Positions 9,228 through 18,469 are shown, numbered from the stretch's first letter. The stretch: 64,000 nt of DNA from Winogradskyella sp. (GCA_965250025.1 OZ252283.1:2050121-2114120); one strand, 5' to 3'. A program made the numbers and translations. The notes: generated from the letters alone by a model not told the origin.

Positions 9228-9386
9228 TTATTTTTTATGTCTTAATTCTGAAGATACAGACAATTTCTTTCTTCCTTTAGCTCTTCTACGTGCTAAAACT
9301 TTTCTACCATTGGCAGACGCCATGCGTTCTCTAAAACCATGTTTGTTTCTTCTCTTTCTCTTTGACGGCTGAAATGTTCTTTTCAT
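9228..9386 (-). CDS. rpmH: 50S ribosomal protein L34
   Basis: Hand translation of the minus strand gives [52 protein letters not shown]. At 52 aa it falls below the ORF-track length cutoff. Confidence 0.9.
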   Translation of the reverse strand: MKRTFQPSKRKRRNKHGFRERMASANGRKVLARRRAKGRKKLSVSSELRHKK

Positions 9387-9453
9387 TGTCTTGTATCTTT
9401 AGGTATCTTTTATATTATGCTTTTTGTTTTGACAGCTTTCTCAAAACTGCGTG

Positions 9454-9461
9454 CAAATATA
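9454..9461 (-). promoter_or_regulatory. -7 promoter element (TATATTTG on minus strand) for rpmH
   Basis: The plus strand reads CAAATATA, about 68 nt upstream of the rpmH ATG. Confidence 0.4.
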
Positions 9462-9517
9462 CAACAAGTTTTTACTTTAACAAGAGATCAAATGAAAATA
9501 ATTTGTAATTGTTTTAT

Positions 9518-9525
9518 TAACTTTG
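9518..9525 (+). promoter_or_regulatory. -7 promoter element (TAACTTTG)
   Basis: Exact TAnnTTTG. Its final TTG is the track's start codon at 9523, which argues that the real start is ATG 9547. Confidence 0.45.
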
Positions 9526-9546
9526 CAGTCCAAAAATTCAGACCTC

Positions 9547-10125
9547 ATGTTCAATAAAAATATAAAACTAATCATTGCCGCCCTAATTATCGCTTATGCA
9601 GTATATCAATTTACCGAAGGATATATTGGCAATGGCATTATGTATATCTTACTATCACTGATATTTATTTTCTTATACTTTAAGAATGAAATGATCTTAT
9701 TGGCATTTTTAAGATTACGAAAACAAGATTTTGAGGGCGCAAAAAAGTGGCTGAATAAAATTAAGAATCCTTCGGCTTCTCTAGTCAAAAAGCAAGAAGG
9801 TTATTTTAACTATCTTCATGGTATCATGGTTTCTCAAAGCAATATGAATGAAGCCGAGAAGTACTTTAAAAAAGCTTTAAGTCTTGGCCTTTCTATGGAC
9901 CATGATCTTGCTATGGCTAAATTAAACTTAGCCGGTATAGCTTTTTCAAAACGTCGAAAGCAGGAAGCTCAAAAGTTACTTTCTGAAGCTGAAAAGCTTG
10001 ATAAAAGAAATATGCTTTCTGACCAGATCAAAATGATGAAGCAACAAATGAAAAAAGCTGCTATTCCTAAACAACATTATGGTCAGCCAACTTCTAATAG
10101 ACAACACCGTAGAAGCAGAAGATAG
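9547..10125 (+). CDS. Membrane protein with two N-terminal TM helices, a TPR-like helical region and a basic tail (function unknown)
   Basis: MFNKNIKLIIAALIIAYAV.. Hydrophobic N-terminus, helical repeats (AEKYFKKALSLG..), C-terminal ..NRQHRRSRR. Start moved from 9523 to 9547 because of the -7 box. Confidence 0.45.
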   Translation: MFNKNIKLIIAALIIAYAVYQFTEGYIGNGIMYILLSLIFIFLYFKNEMILLAFLRLRKQDFEGAKKWLNKIKNPSASLVKKQEGYFNYLHGIMVSQSNMNEAEKYFKKALSLGLSMDHDLAMAKLNLAGIAFSKRRKQEAQKLLSEAEKLDKRNMLSDQIKMMKQQMKKAAIPKQHYGQPTSNRQHRRSRR

Positions 10126-10128
10126 CCT

Positions 10129-11058
10129 TTATTTATAGTGGCCTTTTTCAGGTATTTCTATCTGGTATAATTTTCTGGATTTGTTATTAAGATGTTTTTC
10201 GCGTAACCAAGGGTTATGAATCTTTAGGATTTTATAATTAATTCCAAACGTTTTAGCAAATTTTGCAAAATCAGTTACGGCAGTATCTACGGCAACTTTG
10301 TAAGTTGGCACACTCTTATACAAATCGTTAGGTTTAAAATTGAACCCGTAAGTCTCCGGGTGTGTTAATATTTCTTTTAAAGCAACTATCCTAAAGACAT
10401 AACGTCCTGTTTCTTCTCCCAATAACAGATCATAATAATCAGAAACCTCTTGTTTTTTAAGTTGCTTAGACACCCCTGCATTGCCGGCATTATATGCAGC
10501 AGCAGCCAATGTCCAAGATCCAAATCGCTTTTTGGCATCTAATAAATAGTTGCATGCTACTTCAGTAGCTTTCTCCAAATGATAACGTTCGTCAACATTA
10601 TCATTGATCTCCAAACCGTTTTCACGACCAGTAATTTTCATGATCTGCCAAAATCCTCTGGCGCCAGCAGGAGAAACAGCATTCGTAAGCCCACTCTCTG
10701 CAATGGCCAGATATTTAAAATCTTCTGGAATACCATTCTTTTTCAGAATAGGTTCAATAATTGGAAAATATTTTTGAGCGCGCTTAAACAACAATAAACC
10801 ATTAGATTGCCAATAAGTATTTACTAACAATTCCCGATCCATACGCTCGTAGATGTCCGGATTTTGCAAAGGCATGGCTTCTCCGGCAAATTCTAAGTAA
10901 TTCGGAACTTCTAATGCATATACATTATAATCATTAACGTCTTTAAAATCTTTAGTAACCGGTTCTTCAGAAGGGGCTTTTTGTGCGGCAAAAATGAAAA
11001 ATCCCGATACGGTTACAAGCCCTACAATGGCTAAAATGTTTTTAATTGTCTGCATCAT
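10129..11058 (-). CDS. Lytic transglycosylase (SLT domain, MltD-like)
   Basis: Catalytic block LAIAESGLTNAVSPAGARGFWQIM plus AAAYNAGNAG. N-terminal membrane anchor. Confidence 0.8.
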   Translation of the reverse strand: MMQTIKNILAIVGLVTVSGFFIFAAQKAPSEEPVTKDFKDVNDYNVYALEVPNYLEFAGEAMPLQNPDIYERMDRELLVNTYWQSNGLLLFKRAQKYFPIIEPILKKNGIPEDFKYLAIAESGLTNAVSPAGARGFWQIMKITGRENGLEINDNVDERYHLEKATEVACNYLLDAKKRFGSWTLAAAAYNAGNAGVSKQLKKQEVSDYYDLLLGEETGRYVFRIVALKEILTHPETYGFNFKPNDLYKSVPTYKVAVDTAVTDFAKFAKTFGINYKILKIHNPWLREKHLNNKSRKLYQIEIPEKGHYK

Positions 11059-11104
11059 CCGTTTTTTTTATAAATATAATTAATTATCCTCAACACTTTA
11101 AAAT

Positions 11105-11767
11105 TCAATCAAGTATCAATTTTGGCAAATGCTCATTAAACCACTTATACTTGTTGATAATCATGATATGCGTACCTCCATTAACGACCACACAATTGCC
11201 TTGACATGAATGTGGAAAAACAGCATCCTTACTTCCATGTATATAAATAGCATTAGGATGAGGTTCATCCTGTTCCCAGCAAACCACCTGTTTTATGGCC
11301 CAATCTAAATACTGCTTATCATTAACTGAAAGGTATTTTTTATACAATTCAACACGCTTGTTTATGGTTTCTCCAAAGGCATATTTTGCCAACAAATCGA
11401 TATTACCTAATAATTGAGTCGGTAATATTTGGTAAGCTTTCGTATACTTTAATAATTTTAGACGCTTTGGCAATTCGTGTTTAGATTTTATGCTGGATAC
11501 AACAATCAGTTTTCTCAATGTCATGTATTTACTCATTTCCTGTACCAACATACCACCGAAAGAAACACCTAATAACACGGCATGTTTATGAATAACTTTT
11601 TGCGTCATTCGTTTTGCATAGTCTTGCAGTGATTCTTCTTTATCAGGCAAGATCCATTCTAACCAATGGATTTCAAACTGATCTTCGGGCAGTTTTATAT
11701 ACTCAAAAATTGATGGATTCGCTGCCATCCCGGGCATTAAATATACATGTATCTTTTCTTTAGACAT
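11105..11767 (-). CDS. Alpha/beta hydrolase family protein
   Basis: 220 aa with a nucleophile-elbow-like GVSFGG and a C-terminal HGSKD..GGTH pattern. Confidence 0.6.
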   Translation of the reverse strand: MSKEKIHVYLMPGMAANPSIFEYIKLPEDQFEIHWLEWILPDKEESLQDYAKRMTQKVIHKHAVLLGVSFGGMLVQEMSKYMTLRKLIVVSSIKSKHELPKRLKLLKYTKAYQILPTQLLGNIDLLAKYAFGETINKRVELYKKYLSVNDKQYLDWAIKQVVCWEQDEPHPNAIYIHGSKDAVFPHSCQGNCVVVNGGTHIMIINKYKWFNEHLPKLILD

Positions 11768-11898
11768 GCTTATAAGATATTAGTAAAATTTAAATTTTAA
11801 CAGGCGTTTTTGTTAAGTTTATGTGGTTTAAAAATTACGTAATTGTTTCCTATGTAAGGATTTAAGGGTAATTCTGCCCAAAATTCACAGATTTTTTG

Positions 11899-11906
11899 TA
11901 CCTTTG
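11899..11906 (+). promoter_or_regulatory. -7 promoter element (TACCTTTG)
   Basis: Exact TAnnTTTG, 66 nt upstream of ATG 11972. A 19-bp palindrome follows immediately. Confidence 0.45.
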
Positions 11907-11971
11907 CACTGCAAAACTATATAATATATAGTTACCACCCTACCAACCGCTAAATTTAAATTAAAAATAAT

Positions 11972-12268
11972 ATGATTGAAGCTGCAGAACTCATTGACAA
12001 TGATTTTTTACGTCAATTTGAATTAAAGGTTGAAGATGAATTAGCTAAGATTGAATATTCGTTACAGGAGCGCAAAATATTTTTGACTAAAATGATTATT
12101 CCTGAAACCATATATAGCGAAGATTTTGAACAGGATTTTTTAGCCATGGTTTTTGATAACATCAAGGATAGAAATATCAGTGTGGTTCCTACAAGTCCTG
12201 AAATTGCAAAATTTGTTAGACGCAATAGAAAATATAAGCGAATGTTACCTGTTGGTATTCGCATATAA
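11972..12268 (+). CDS. Small GNAT-like (YjdJ-type) acetyltransferase-fold protein
   Basis: 98 aa. The layout F.L...D..A.I.Y......I.L... then V.P.SPEIAKFVRRNRKYKRM resembles the short GNAT_acetyltran family. Recalled from memory, not searched. Confidence 0.4.
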   Translation: MIEAAELIDNDFLRQFELKVEDELAKIEYSLQERKIFLTKMIIPETIYSEDFEQDFLAMVFDNIKDRNISVVPTSPEIAKFVRRNRKYKRMLPVGIRI

Positions 12269-12292
12269 TTGAGAAAGAAATATTTATTATTT

Positions 12293-12324
12293 AAACCTCG
12301 GCAAGTTTTTGTTGAGGTTTTTTT
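12293..12324. terminator. Hairpin terminator shared by convergent genes
   Basis: aaacctcggcaa / ttgttgaggttt stem (12 pairs including 2 G-T) with a 4-nt loop, followed by ttttt. It abuts the mtaB stop. Confidence 0.6.
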
Positions 12325-13654
12325 ATGCTGTCAATTGTTTGACAAACTCAAACCTTACCAAACCATCATCGTCAATATTAGTAAGCGTTACAGTATGCAT
12401 CGTATTTACCAATTCCGGATTCCATGGTGCTTTTACTTTCACATAATTCTCGGTAAACCCGTGGATGTAACCTTCTTTATTTTCGCCCTCAAACAAAACG
12501 GTTCGTGTTGTCCCTAACTGATTTTCATAGAATGCACGTCGTTTTTTTGCAGATAGACCTCTTAGCATTTTACTGCGTTTTGCCCTCACTTGCTTTGGTA
12601 CTACACCATCCATTTCAGCAGCCTTGGTATTGTCGCGTTCAGAATACGTGAATACATGCAAATATGATATGTCCAATTCACTCAAGAAATTATACGTCTC
12701 TAAGAAATGTTCATCCGTTTCTCCCGGAAAACCGACAATAACATCAACGCCAATGCAAGCATGTGGCATTACTGTTCTTATAGCTTTTACCCTATCGGTA
12801 TACAGTTCGCGCATGTAACGACGGCGCATTAGTTTTAAGATGTGGTTACTCCCACTTTGTAACGGAATATGAAAATGAGGGACAAACGATCTGCTTTTGG
12901 CGACAAAATCTATGGTTTCATTCTTAAGCAGGTTAGGCTCTATTGATGATATTCTGAGACGTTCCACACCCTCAACATCATCTAGAGCTTGCACCAATTC
13001 ATAAAATGTATGTTCGTGTCTTTTATTCCCAAACTCGCCTTTACCATAATCGCCAATATTAACGCCAGTAAGTACAATTTCTTTAATGCCTTGTTCTGAA
13101 ATTTCTTTAGCGTTCTTTAGCACATTTTCTAATGTATCACTTCTGGATATTCCTCTGGCTAAAGGTATCGTACAATAGGTACATTTGTAATCGCACCCGT
13201 CTTGTACTTTAAGGAATGCTCGGGTTCGGTCTCCTATAGAATAACTTCCAACATAAAAATCGGCATCCTCTATTTCGCAAGAGTGTACTTCCCCAAAATC
13301 ATTTTTAGAGAGGTCATTAATATAATCCGTGATCTTAAATTTCTCCGTAGCACCAAGTACAAGGTCCACACCATCGACTGCAGCCAATTCTTCAGGTTTT
13401 AATTGTGCATAACAACCAATGGCAGCAACAAAAGCTTCTGAATTTATGTTTTGTGCTTGCTTTACAATAGTTTTAAAACGCTTATCTGCATTATCAGTAA
13501 CCGAGCATGTATTGATAACATAGATATCGGCAAACTCTTTAAAATCCACACGGTCAAACCCTTCATCATCAAAGCTTCTCGCAATTGTAGACGTTTCAGA
13601 GAAATTCAGCTTACAACCTAAGGTATAAAATGCTACTTTTTTTCTTGCGTTCAT
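12323..13654 (-). CDS. mtaB: tRNA t6A37 methylthiotransferase MtaB (radical SAM)
   Basis: N-terminal KVAFYTLGCKLNFSETS, radical-SAM CDYKCTYCTIP, C-terminal TRAM-like region, 443 aa. Confidence 0.75.
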   Translation of the reverse strand: MNARKKVAFYTLGCKLNFSETSTIARSFDDEGFDRVDFKEFADIYVINTCSVTDNADKRFKTIVKQAQNINSEAFVAAIGCYAQLKPEELAAVDGVDLVLGATEKFKITDYINDLSKNDFGEVHSCEIEDADFYVGSYSIGDRTRAFLKVQDGCDYKCTYCTIPLARGISRSDTLENVLKNAKEISEQGIKEIVLTGVNIGDYGKGEFGNKRHEHTFYELVQALDDVEGVERLRISSIEPNLLKNETIDFVAKSRSFVPHFHIPLQSGSNHILKLMRRRYMRELYTDRVKAIRTVMPHACIGVDVIVGFPGETDEHFLETYNFLSELDISYLHVFTYSERDNTKAAEMDGVVPKQVRAKRSKMLRGLSAKKRRAFYENQLGTTRTVLFEGENKEGYIHGFTENYVKVKAPWNPELVNTMHTVTLTNIDDDGLVRFEFVKQLTA

Positions 13655-13676
13655 TCTTGTACTTTTACCAAGGGTG

Positions 13677-13684
13677 CAAATTTA
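13677..13684 (-). promoter_or_regulatory. -7 promoter element (TAAATTTG on minus strand) for mtaB
   Basis: The plus strand reads CAAATTTA, 23 nt upstream of the mtaB ATG. Confidence 0.4.
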
Positions 13685-13700
13685 CAACTAATATCTTTAT

Positions 13701-15344
13701 ATGATCACACAAATTTCAAAGCTATTGATGAATTCAATTTCCTATTTATCAATCTGTTGTATTCTTTTAATGGCTTTCTCCTGTGCTTCTGACTCTAATG
13801 CTCATTTAGATCATTTGGTTTTCAGATATAACGAACATAAGAATATTAGTTCTTTAGACCCTGCTTTTTCTAAGGACCTTGCAGATATTTGGGCAACTCA
13901 TCAATTATTTAACGGTTTGGTTCAAATGGACGATCAGCTTCATGTACAACCATGTATTGCTAAATCATGGACCATTTCTGATGATGCGCTTAATTATCGC
14001 TTTACATTACGACAAGATGTATTGTTTCATAAGGATGGCCTTTTTGGGAAAGATTCTACCCGACACGTTACAGCCTCAGATTTTGAATATAGTTTTAATC
14101 GCCTTCGGGATAAGCAACTCGCTTCACCAGGTAGTTGGGTGCTCAATAAAGTGGAAGGTTTCAGAGCTGTTAATGACTCTGTTTTTGACATTCAACTGCG
14201 TCAACCCTTTCCGGCATTTCTTGGCCTACTGACTATGAAATACTGTTCTGTTGTACCTAAAGAAATTGTTACACATTATGGTTCTGATTTCAGAGCCCAT
14301 CCTATTGGTACCGGTCCGTTTCTTTTTAAACGATGGGAAGAGAACATCAAGTTGGTATTTCGAAAAAACCCAAACTACTTTGAAGTGGATAAGCATGGTC
14401 AGACATTACCTTACCTTGAGGCTATAGCCATTACTTTCTTACCTGATAAACAAAGTGAGTTTTTACAATTCGCCCAAGGAAATATTGATTTTGTATCGGG
14501 ATTAGATGCTTCTTATAAAGATGAGATCCTTACGGCTAAAGGTACGCTTAGGTCTTTATATAAAGCTGATGTCAACATGATTAGAGGGCCTTATTTAAAT
14601 ACGGAATATCTGGCTTTTCTTATGGATACCGAAGTTACCGAACTACAATCAAAACTAATCCGGGAAGCCATTAACATTGGTTTTGACCGAAAGAAAATGA
14701 TAACCTACCTAAGAAATGGTATTGGCATTCCCGCCCATGGTGGTTTCATTCCTAAAGGACTTCCCGGTTATGACAATTCTATTGGCTTTAGTTATGATCT
14801 CCAAAAGGCTAAAGCTTTGGTAGATCAGTTCAAACAAGAAACGGGTATTTTAAATCCTAAAATATCATTGACTACAACCAGTAATTATCTGAGTTTTTGC
14901 GAATACATTCAACGTGAGCTGCAAAAAACCGGTCTCGATGTTACCATTGATGTCATTCCGCCATCCAGTTTAAAAGATGCTAAAGCTAATGGTCAATTAG
15001 ATTTCTTTAGAGCCAGCTGGATTGCAGATTATCCGGATGCAGAAAACTATCTCTCTTTGTTTTACAGTAAGAACTTTGCACCCCAAGGGCCTAATTATAC
15101 CCACTTTAAACAAGAACTTTTTGATCTTTTATATGAGCAATCCTATTTAGAAACTGACCCTGATAAAAGAGCTGAATTATATACTCGAATGGATTCGTTA
15201 GTTATGAAAAATGTGCCTATTGTACCGTTATTTTATGATGAAGTGGTACGCTTTACAAGAAAAGATGTTACTGGTTTAGGGATTAATGCTACCAACTTAC
15301 TGGAACTAAAGGCTGTAAAAAAGCATCAATCTATTGTGAAATAG
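13701..15344 (+). CDS. ABC transporter substrate-binding protein, family 5 (peptide/nickel type) lipoprotein, orphan
   Basis: Lipobox-like LLMAFSCAS. Family-5 blocks (LDPAFS.., YPDAENYLSLFYS). No permease or ATPase gene is adjacent. Confidence 0.7.
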   Translation: MITQISKLLMNSISYLSICCILLMAFSCASDSNAHLDHLVFRYNEHKNISSLDPAFSKDLADIWATHQLFNGLVQMDDQLHVQPCIAKSWTISDDALNYRFTLRQDVLFHKDGLFGKDSTRHVTASDFEYSFNRLRDKQLASPGSWVLNKVEGFRAVNDSVFDIQLRQPFPAFLGLLTMKYCSVVPKEIVTHYGSDFRAHPIGTGPFLFKRWEENIKLVFRKNPNYFEVDKHGQTLPYLEAIAITFLPDKQSEFLQFAQGNIDFVSGLDASYKDEILTAKGTLRSLYKADVNMIRGPYLNTEYLAFLMDTEVTELQSKLIREAINIGFDRKKMITYLRNGIGIPAHGGFIPKGLPGYDNSIGFSYDLQKAKALVDQFKQETGILNPKISLTTTSNYLSFCEYIQRELQKTGLDVTIDVIPPSSLKDAKANGQLDFFRASWIADYPDAENYLSLFYSKNFAPQGPNYTHFKQELFDLLYEQSYLETDPDKRAELYTRMDSLVMKNVPIVPLFYDEVVRFTRKDVTGLGINATNLLELKAVKKHQSIVK

Positions 15345-16225
15345 AACAAGTCATCGCCTCCTTTGCCATGCAAACGTCTCGATGTAAAATAACCGCTCTT
15401 GGAATCTTCAAAAATAAAGAACGAAAAATCATTGCCTTTACTATTTACAGGCTCAGGTAATGGCTCTGGTTTTTCTGAAATATCATTAGTATTCAATGGA
15501 TATTTATAAATATCCAAACCACCCAAACCGCCTCGACGATTTGATGCGAAATAGAGACTATTATCATTACTCACGTAAGGAAATAATTCTGTTCTGGGAG
15601 AATTAATGGTATCGTTCAACCGATCGATTTCACCATAAGTTTCATGCCCATGTACAGATACTTTATACAAATCTGATTTTCCCTTAGCCCCTTTTACATT
15701 AGAGATAAAGTATAAGGTTGTTCCGTCCGGGCTAATTGCCGGATGTGCATAATTGTAATTTGTATCACAAAATGGCAGTGTTGTAAAGTTGGTCCAACCT
15801 TTACCTTCTATAAACTCTGCGCGCTGTATAACCAAATTATAGGTGTCGTAATTCTTTGATTTGTTTTTTCCGGTGTGGAAATTATTAGTTGTAAAATACA
15901 TGTACTTCCCATCTTTAGTAAATGTAGCTGTGGACATATTAAATTGTCCCTTTTCTGTTTTGGTGATCAATTGTGGATTTTCTATTTCCCCGTTTTCAGT
16001 AACGGTCCCTTCATATAAACCATATATCTTTCCTGAATATTTATCCAATACCGGTTTACCTCGTTTATTGACAAGATTACAACTGAAGTAGATCTTATTT
16101 CCTACAACTACTGGAGCGTGATGATCTAGTTTATTATTAATCTCAAGAGATTTTACATTATACTCTTGTGCAGCAGCATAACCTAGAGATAACAATAATG
16201 ATAGAAAAAGGGCTTTTTTAATCAT
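15326..16225 (-). CDS. PD40/TolB-like beta-propeller repeat protein (periplasmic)
   Basis: Signal peptide. PD40-type repeats (AHPAISPDGTTLYFISN, LFPYVSNDNSLYFASNRRGGLGGLDIY). Confidence 0.6.
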   Translation of the reverse strand: MIKKALFLSLLLSLGYAAAQEYNVKSLEINNKLDHHAPVVVGNKIYFSCNLVNKRGKPVLDKYSGKIYGLYEGTVTENGEIENPQLITKTEKGQFNMSTATFTKDGKYMYFTTNNFHTGKNKSKNYDTYNLVIQRAEFIEGKGWTNFTTLPFCDTNYNYAHPAISPDGTTLYFISNVKGAKGKSDLYKVSVHGHETYGEIDRLNDTINSPRTELFPYVSNDNSLYFASNRRGGLGGLDIYKYPLNTNDISEKPEPLPEPVNSKGNDFSFFIFEDSKSGYFTSRRLHGKGGDDLFYFTID

Positions 16226-16233
16226 GGTATTAT

Positions 16234-17412
16234 TTATTCTTCGCGTCTGTAGGTTTTTGTATGTTCAAAAACATGCTCTAAAATTGCTTTATCTTTCTCC
16301 GTGAATTCTACATTACGCCTGGCCATAACCATTTTAGCAACTTCAAACGCTTTATTCGTTTTATAAGTTATAAATCCTTTACTTCCTCCCCACGAGAAGC
16401 TCGGCACAAAGTTTCTCGGAAATCCACTACCAAAGATATTGGCACTTACACCAACAACCGTACCAGTATTAAACATGGAATTGATGCCACACTTACTATG
16501 ATCTCCCATCATAAGCCCACAAAACTGCAATCCAGTTCGTGCAAAACCTTCAGTGTTATAATCCCACAACCTTACTTCGGCATAGTTGTTCTTAAGGTTT
16601 GAGTTATTGGTATCTGCTCCCAAATTACACCATTCTCCCAGAACAGAATTCCCCAAAAAGCCGTCATGTCCTTTATTAGAGTATCCAAAAATTACTGAGT
16701 TATTAACCTCACCGCCTACTTTACTATATGGTCCTATTGTAGTTGGACCATAGATTTTTGCAGACATTTTAACGGTAGCACCTTCACATAGTGCAAAAGG
16801 CCCTCGTATCATACTTCCTTCCATAATCTCTGCATGCTTACCAATATATATAGGACCATTGGTAGCATTGAGTGAACACAATGGTAATTTGGCACCTTCT
16901 TCTATAAAAATACGATCAGATTCAAAGGCTACCGTAGTTTTGGGTATGGGTTGAGACGTTCTTCCTTCAGTTATGAGATCAAAATCTTGTTTTATGGCTT
17001 CCCCATTTTTAGAAAAAATATCCCAGGTATGTTCTATTTTTATAAGTTCCTCTTCATATTCAATAGCTTCAAAATCTTCAAATTTAATCTGATCCTGTCC
17101 TTCTTTTGCAAAAAAAGCGATTACATCTTCACCTTTAAAAATAGCCTGATTAAATTCTAATGCTTTAACCATTGTCGCTATCTTTCCATTTGGCAGATAA
17201 GATGCATTGATCATGATGTTATCTTCCATCTCTACCATAGGATATTTATCCGACAAATAGTCTTCAGTAACAGTAGTCGTGGTGTAATCCAGATACGATT
17301 CCCATTTTTGTCTAATAGTTAATATTCCAACCCTAATATCGGCTACAGGTCTTGTAAAAGTGAATGGCAATAGGTTATTACGATGTGGCCCGTCAAATAA
17401 AATATAGTTCAT
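16234..17412 (-). CDS. Putative sugar-nucleotidyltransferase with left-handed beta-helix (GlmU-like family)
   Basis: MNYILFDGPHRNNLLPFTFTRPVADIRVGILT.. N-terminus and hexapeptide-repeat C-terminal half. Start set at the internal ATG 17412, because the track's longer form runs through the rpmE2 terminator and into rpmE2. Confidence 0.65.
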   Translation of the reverse strand: MNYILFDGPHRNNLLPFTFTRPVADIRVGILTIRQKWESYLDYTTTTVTEDYLSDKYPMVEMEDNIMINASYLPNGKIATMVKALEFNQAIFKGEDVIAFFAKEGQDQIKFEDFEAIEYEEELIKIEHTWDIFSKNGEAIKQDFDLITEGRTSQPIPKTTVAFESDRIFIEEGAKLPLCSLNATNGPIYIGKHAEIMEGSMIRGPFALCEGATVKMSAKIYGPTTIGPYSKVGGEVNNSVIFGYSNKGHDGFLGNSVLGEWCNLGADTNNSNLKNNYAEVRLWDYNTEGFARTGLQFCGLMMGDHSKCGINSMFNTGTVVGVSANIFGSGFPRNFVPSFSWGGSKGFITYKTNKAFEVAKMVMARRNVEFTEKDKAILEHVFEHTKTYRREE

Positions 17413-17430
17413 TGAGAAAGTCTTTGTGTA

Positions 17431-17467
17431 AAAATAAAAAAGCCTTTCTATTGTAGAAAGGCTTTTT
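17431..17467 (-). terminator. Rho-independent terminator of rpmE2
   Basis: 9-bp stem agcctttct / agaaaggct with a 5-nt loop, flanked by A- and T-runs. Confidence 0.7.
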
Positions 17468-17488
17468 GTAATTATATCTATAGCTAAA

Positions 17489-17740
17489 TTATTTCTTAAA
17501 CTTAGCGTATTTGTTTTTGAATTTATCAATACGACCAGCAGTATCTACCAATTTAGATTTACCAGTGTAATATGGGTGTGATGTTCTAGAGATCTCCAAT
17601 TTAACCAACGGATACTCTACACCATCTACTTCTAAAGTTTCATTTGTATCAGCAGTAGACTTCGTTAAAAACACATCGTTATTAGACATATCTTTAAATG
17701 CTACTAGTCTATAATTTTCTGGATGTATACCTTTTTTCAT
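17489..17740 (-). CDS. rpmE2: 50S ribosomal protein L31 type B
   Basis: MKKGIHPENYRLVAFKD...SHPYYTGK... Lacks the CxxC zinc motif, so it is type B. Start at the internal ATG 17740. A -7 box sits inside the track's longer ORF. Confidence 0.88.
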   Translation of the reverse strand: MKKGIHPENYRLVAFKDMSNNDVFLTKSTADTNETLEVDGVEYPLVKLEISRTSHPYYTGKSKLVDTAGRIDKFKNKYAKFKK

Positions 17741-17778
17741 CACTAAAAGCTTTATAATCGTTTCGTTTTTTCGAGCTG

Positions 17779-17786
17779 CAAATTTA
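17779..17786 (-). promoter_or_regulatory. -7 promoter element (TAAATTTG on minus strand) for rpmE2
   Basis: The plus strand reads CAAATTTA, 39 nt upstream of ATG 17740. Confidence 0.45.
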
Positions 17787-17898
17787 TGCAATTTTTATAA
17801 ATCCACAATACTTTTATTCGTTTTTTATTTCTTATTTAAATTGTAACGTTTTAGTACCTTTATATACTAACTAGGCACTAACTTATCAAAAATTTATT

Positions 17899-18411
17899 AT
17901 GGAACATCCAAAACCGTCTATTAAACCAGTAGCATACACTTACGGATTATACTTAGGATTATTATCAATAGCAGGTATAATTATACTTTATGTATTAAAC
18001 CAAGAGAAAAACTGGATAGTCAGTGGTATCAGTATTGTATTAACCATTCTTATATATGTATATGGTATTGGCAAATACAAAAAAGAAAATGCTAATGTTT
18101 TAAGTATTAAAGATGCCCTAAAAACAGGAATGGGCATGGCGTTAATAAGTGGTATCATTGCAGCCATATATGCCGTGGTTCATTATGGGTTTATAGCGCC
18201 CGAATTTATTGAAGGCATCAGAGAAAAGGCCATGAATGATATGCTTAGTCAAAATCCAAATATGGCAGGCGAGCAATTGGAAATGGGGACTAAGATGGTA
18301 AACATTTTTACTTCAAAATTCTTTATGGCAACTATGTTTCTTATCTCCAGCCTCTTTTTCGGATTTATCATTTCGCTCATTACAGGAGCTATAATGAAGA
18401 ATAATAACTAA
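17899..18411 (+). CDS. DUF4199-like polytopic membrane protein
   Basis: 170 aa with 4 predicted TM helices. Size and layout are typical of the Bacteroidetes DUF4199 family. Called from memory. Confidence 0.45.
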   Translation: MEHPKPSIKPVAYTYGLYLGLLSIAGIIILYVLNQEKNWIVSGISIVLTILIYVYGIGKYKKENANVLSIKDALKTGMGMALISGIIAAIYAVVHYGFIAPEFIEGIREKAMNDMLSQNPNMAGEQLEMGTKMVNIFTSKFFMATMFLISSLFFGFIISLITGAIMKNNN

Positions 18412-18469
18412 ATATGCTTTAAATAATTTCTTTACTTTTGACACGTAGTAATAAAGTAAAGTTATTTAC

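Noticed and set aside
9181-9372. 63-aa plus-strand ORF from the track.
   Set aside because: It is the antisense shadow of rpmH. The sequence is low-complexity L/F-rich, and it overlaps the rpmH terminator.
9228-9386. Possible frameshifted rpmH. A first-pass reading of the T-run near 9359-9363 suggested an extra base.
   Set aside because: A base-by-base re-read shows tctctttctc|tttgacgg with only three T. This was cross-checked against the track's plus-strand translation ..LFLLFLFDG*. The minus-strand frame is continuous for 52 codons plus a stop, so the gene is intact.
12269-12517. 82-aa plus-strand ORF starting right after the GNAT-like gene.
   Set aside because: It runs through the terminator hairpin and antisense to the mtaB 3' end. 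Its composition is Cys/Phe-rich and non-protein-like.
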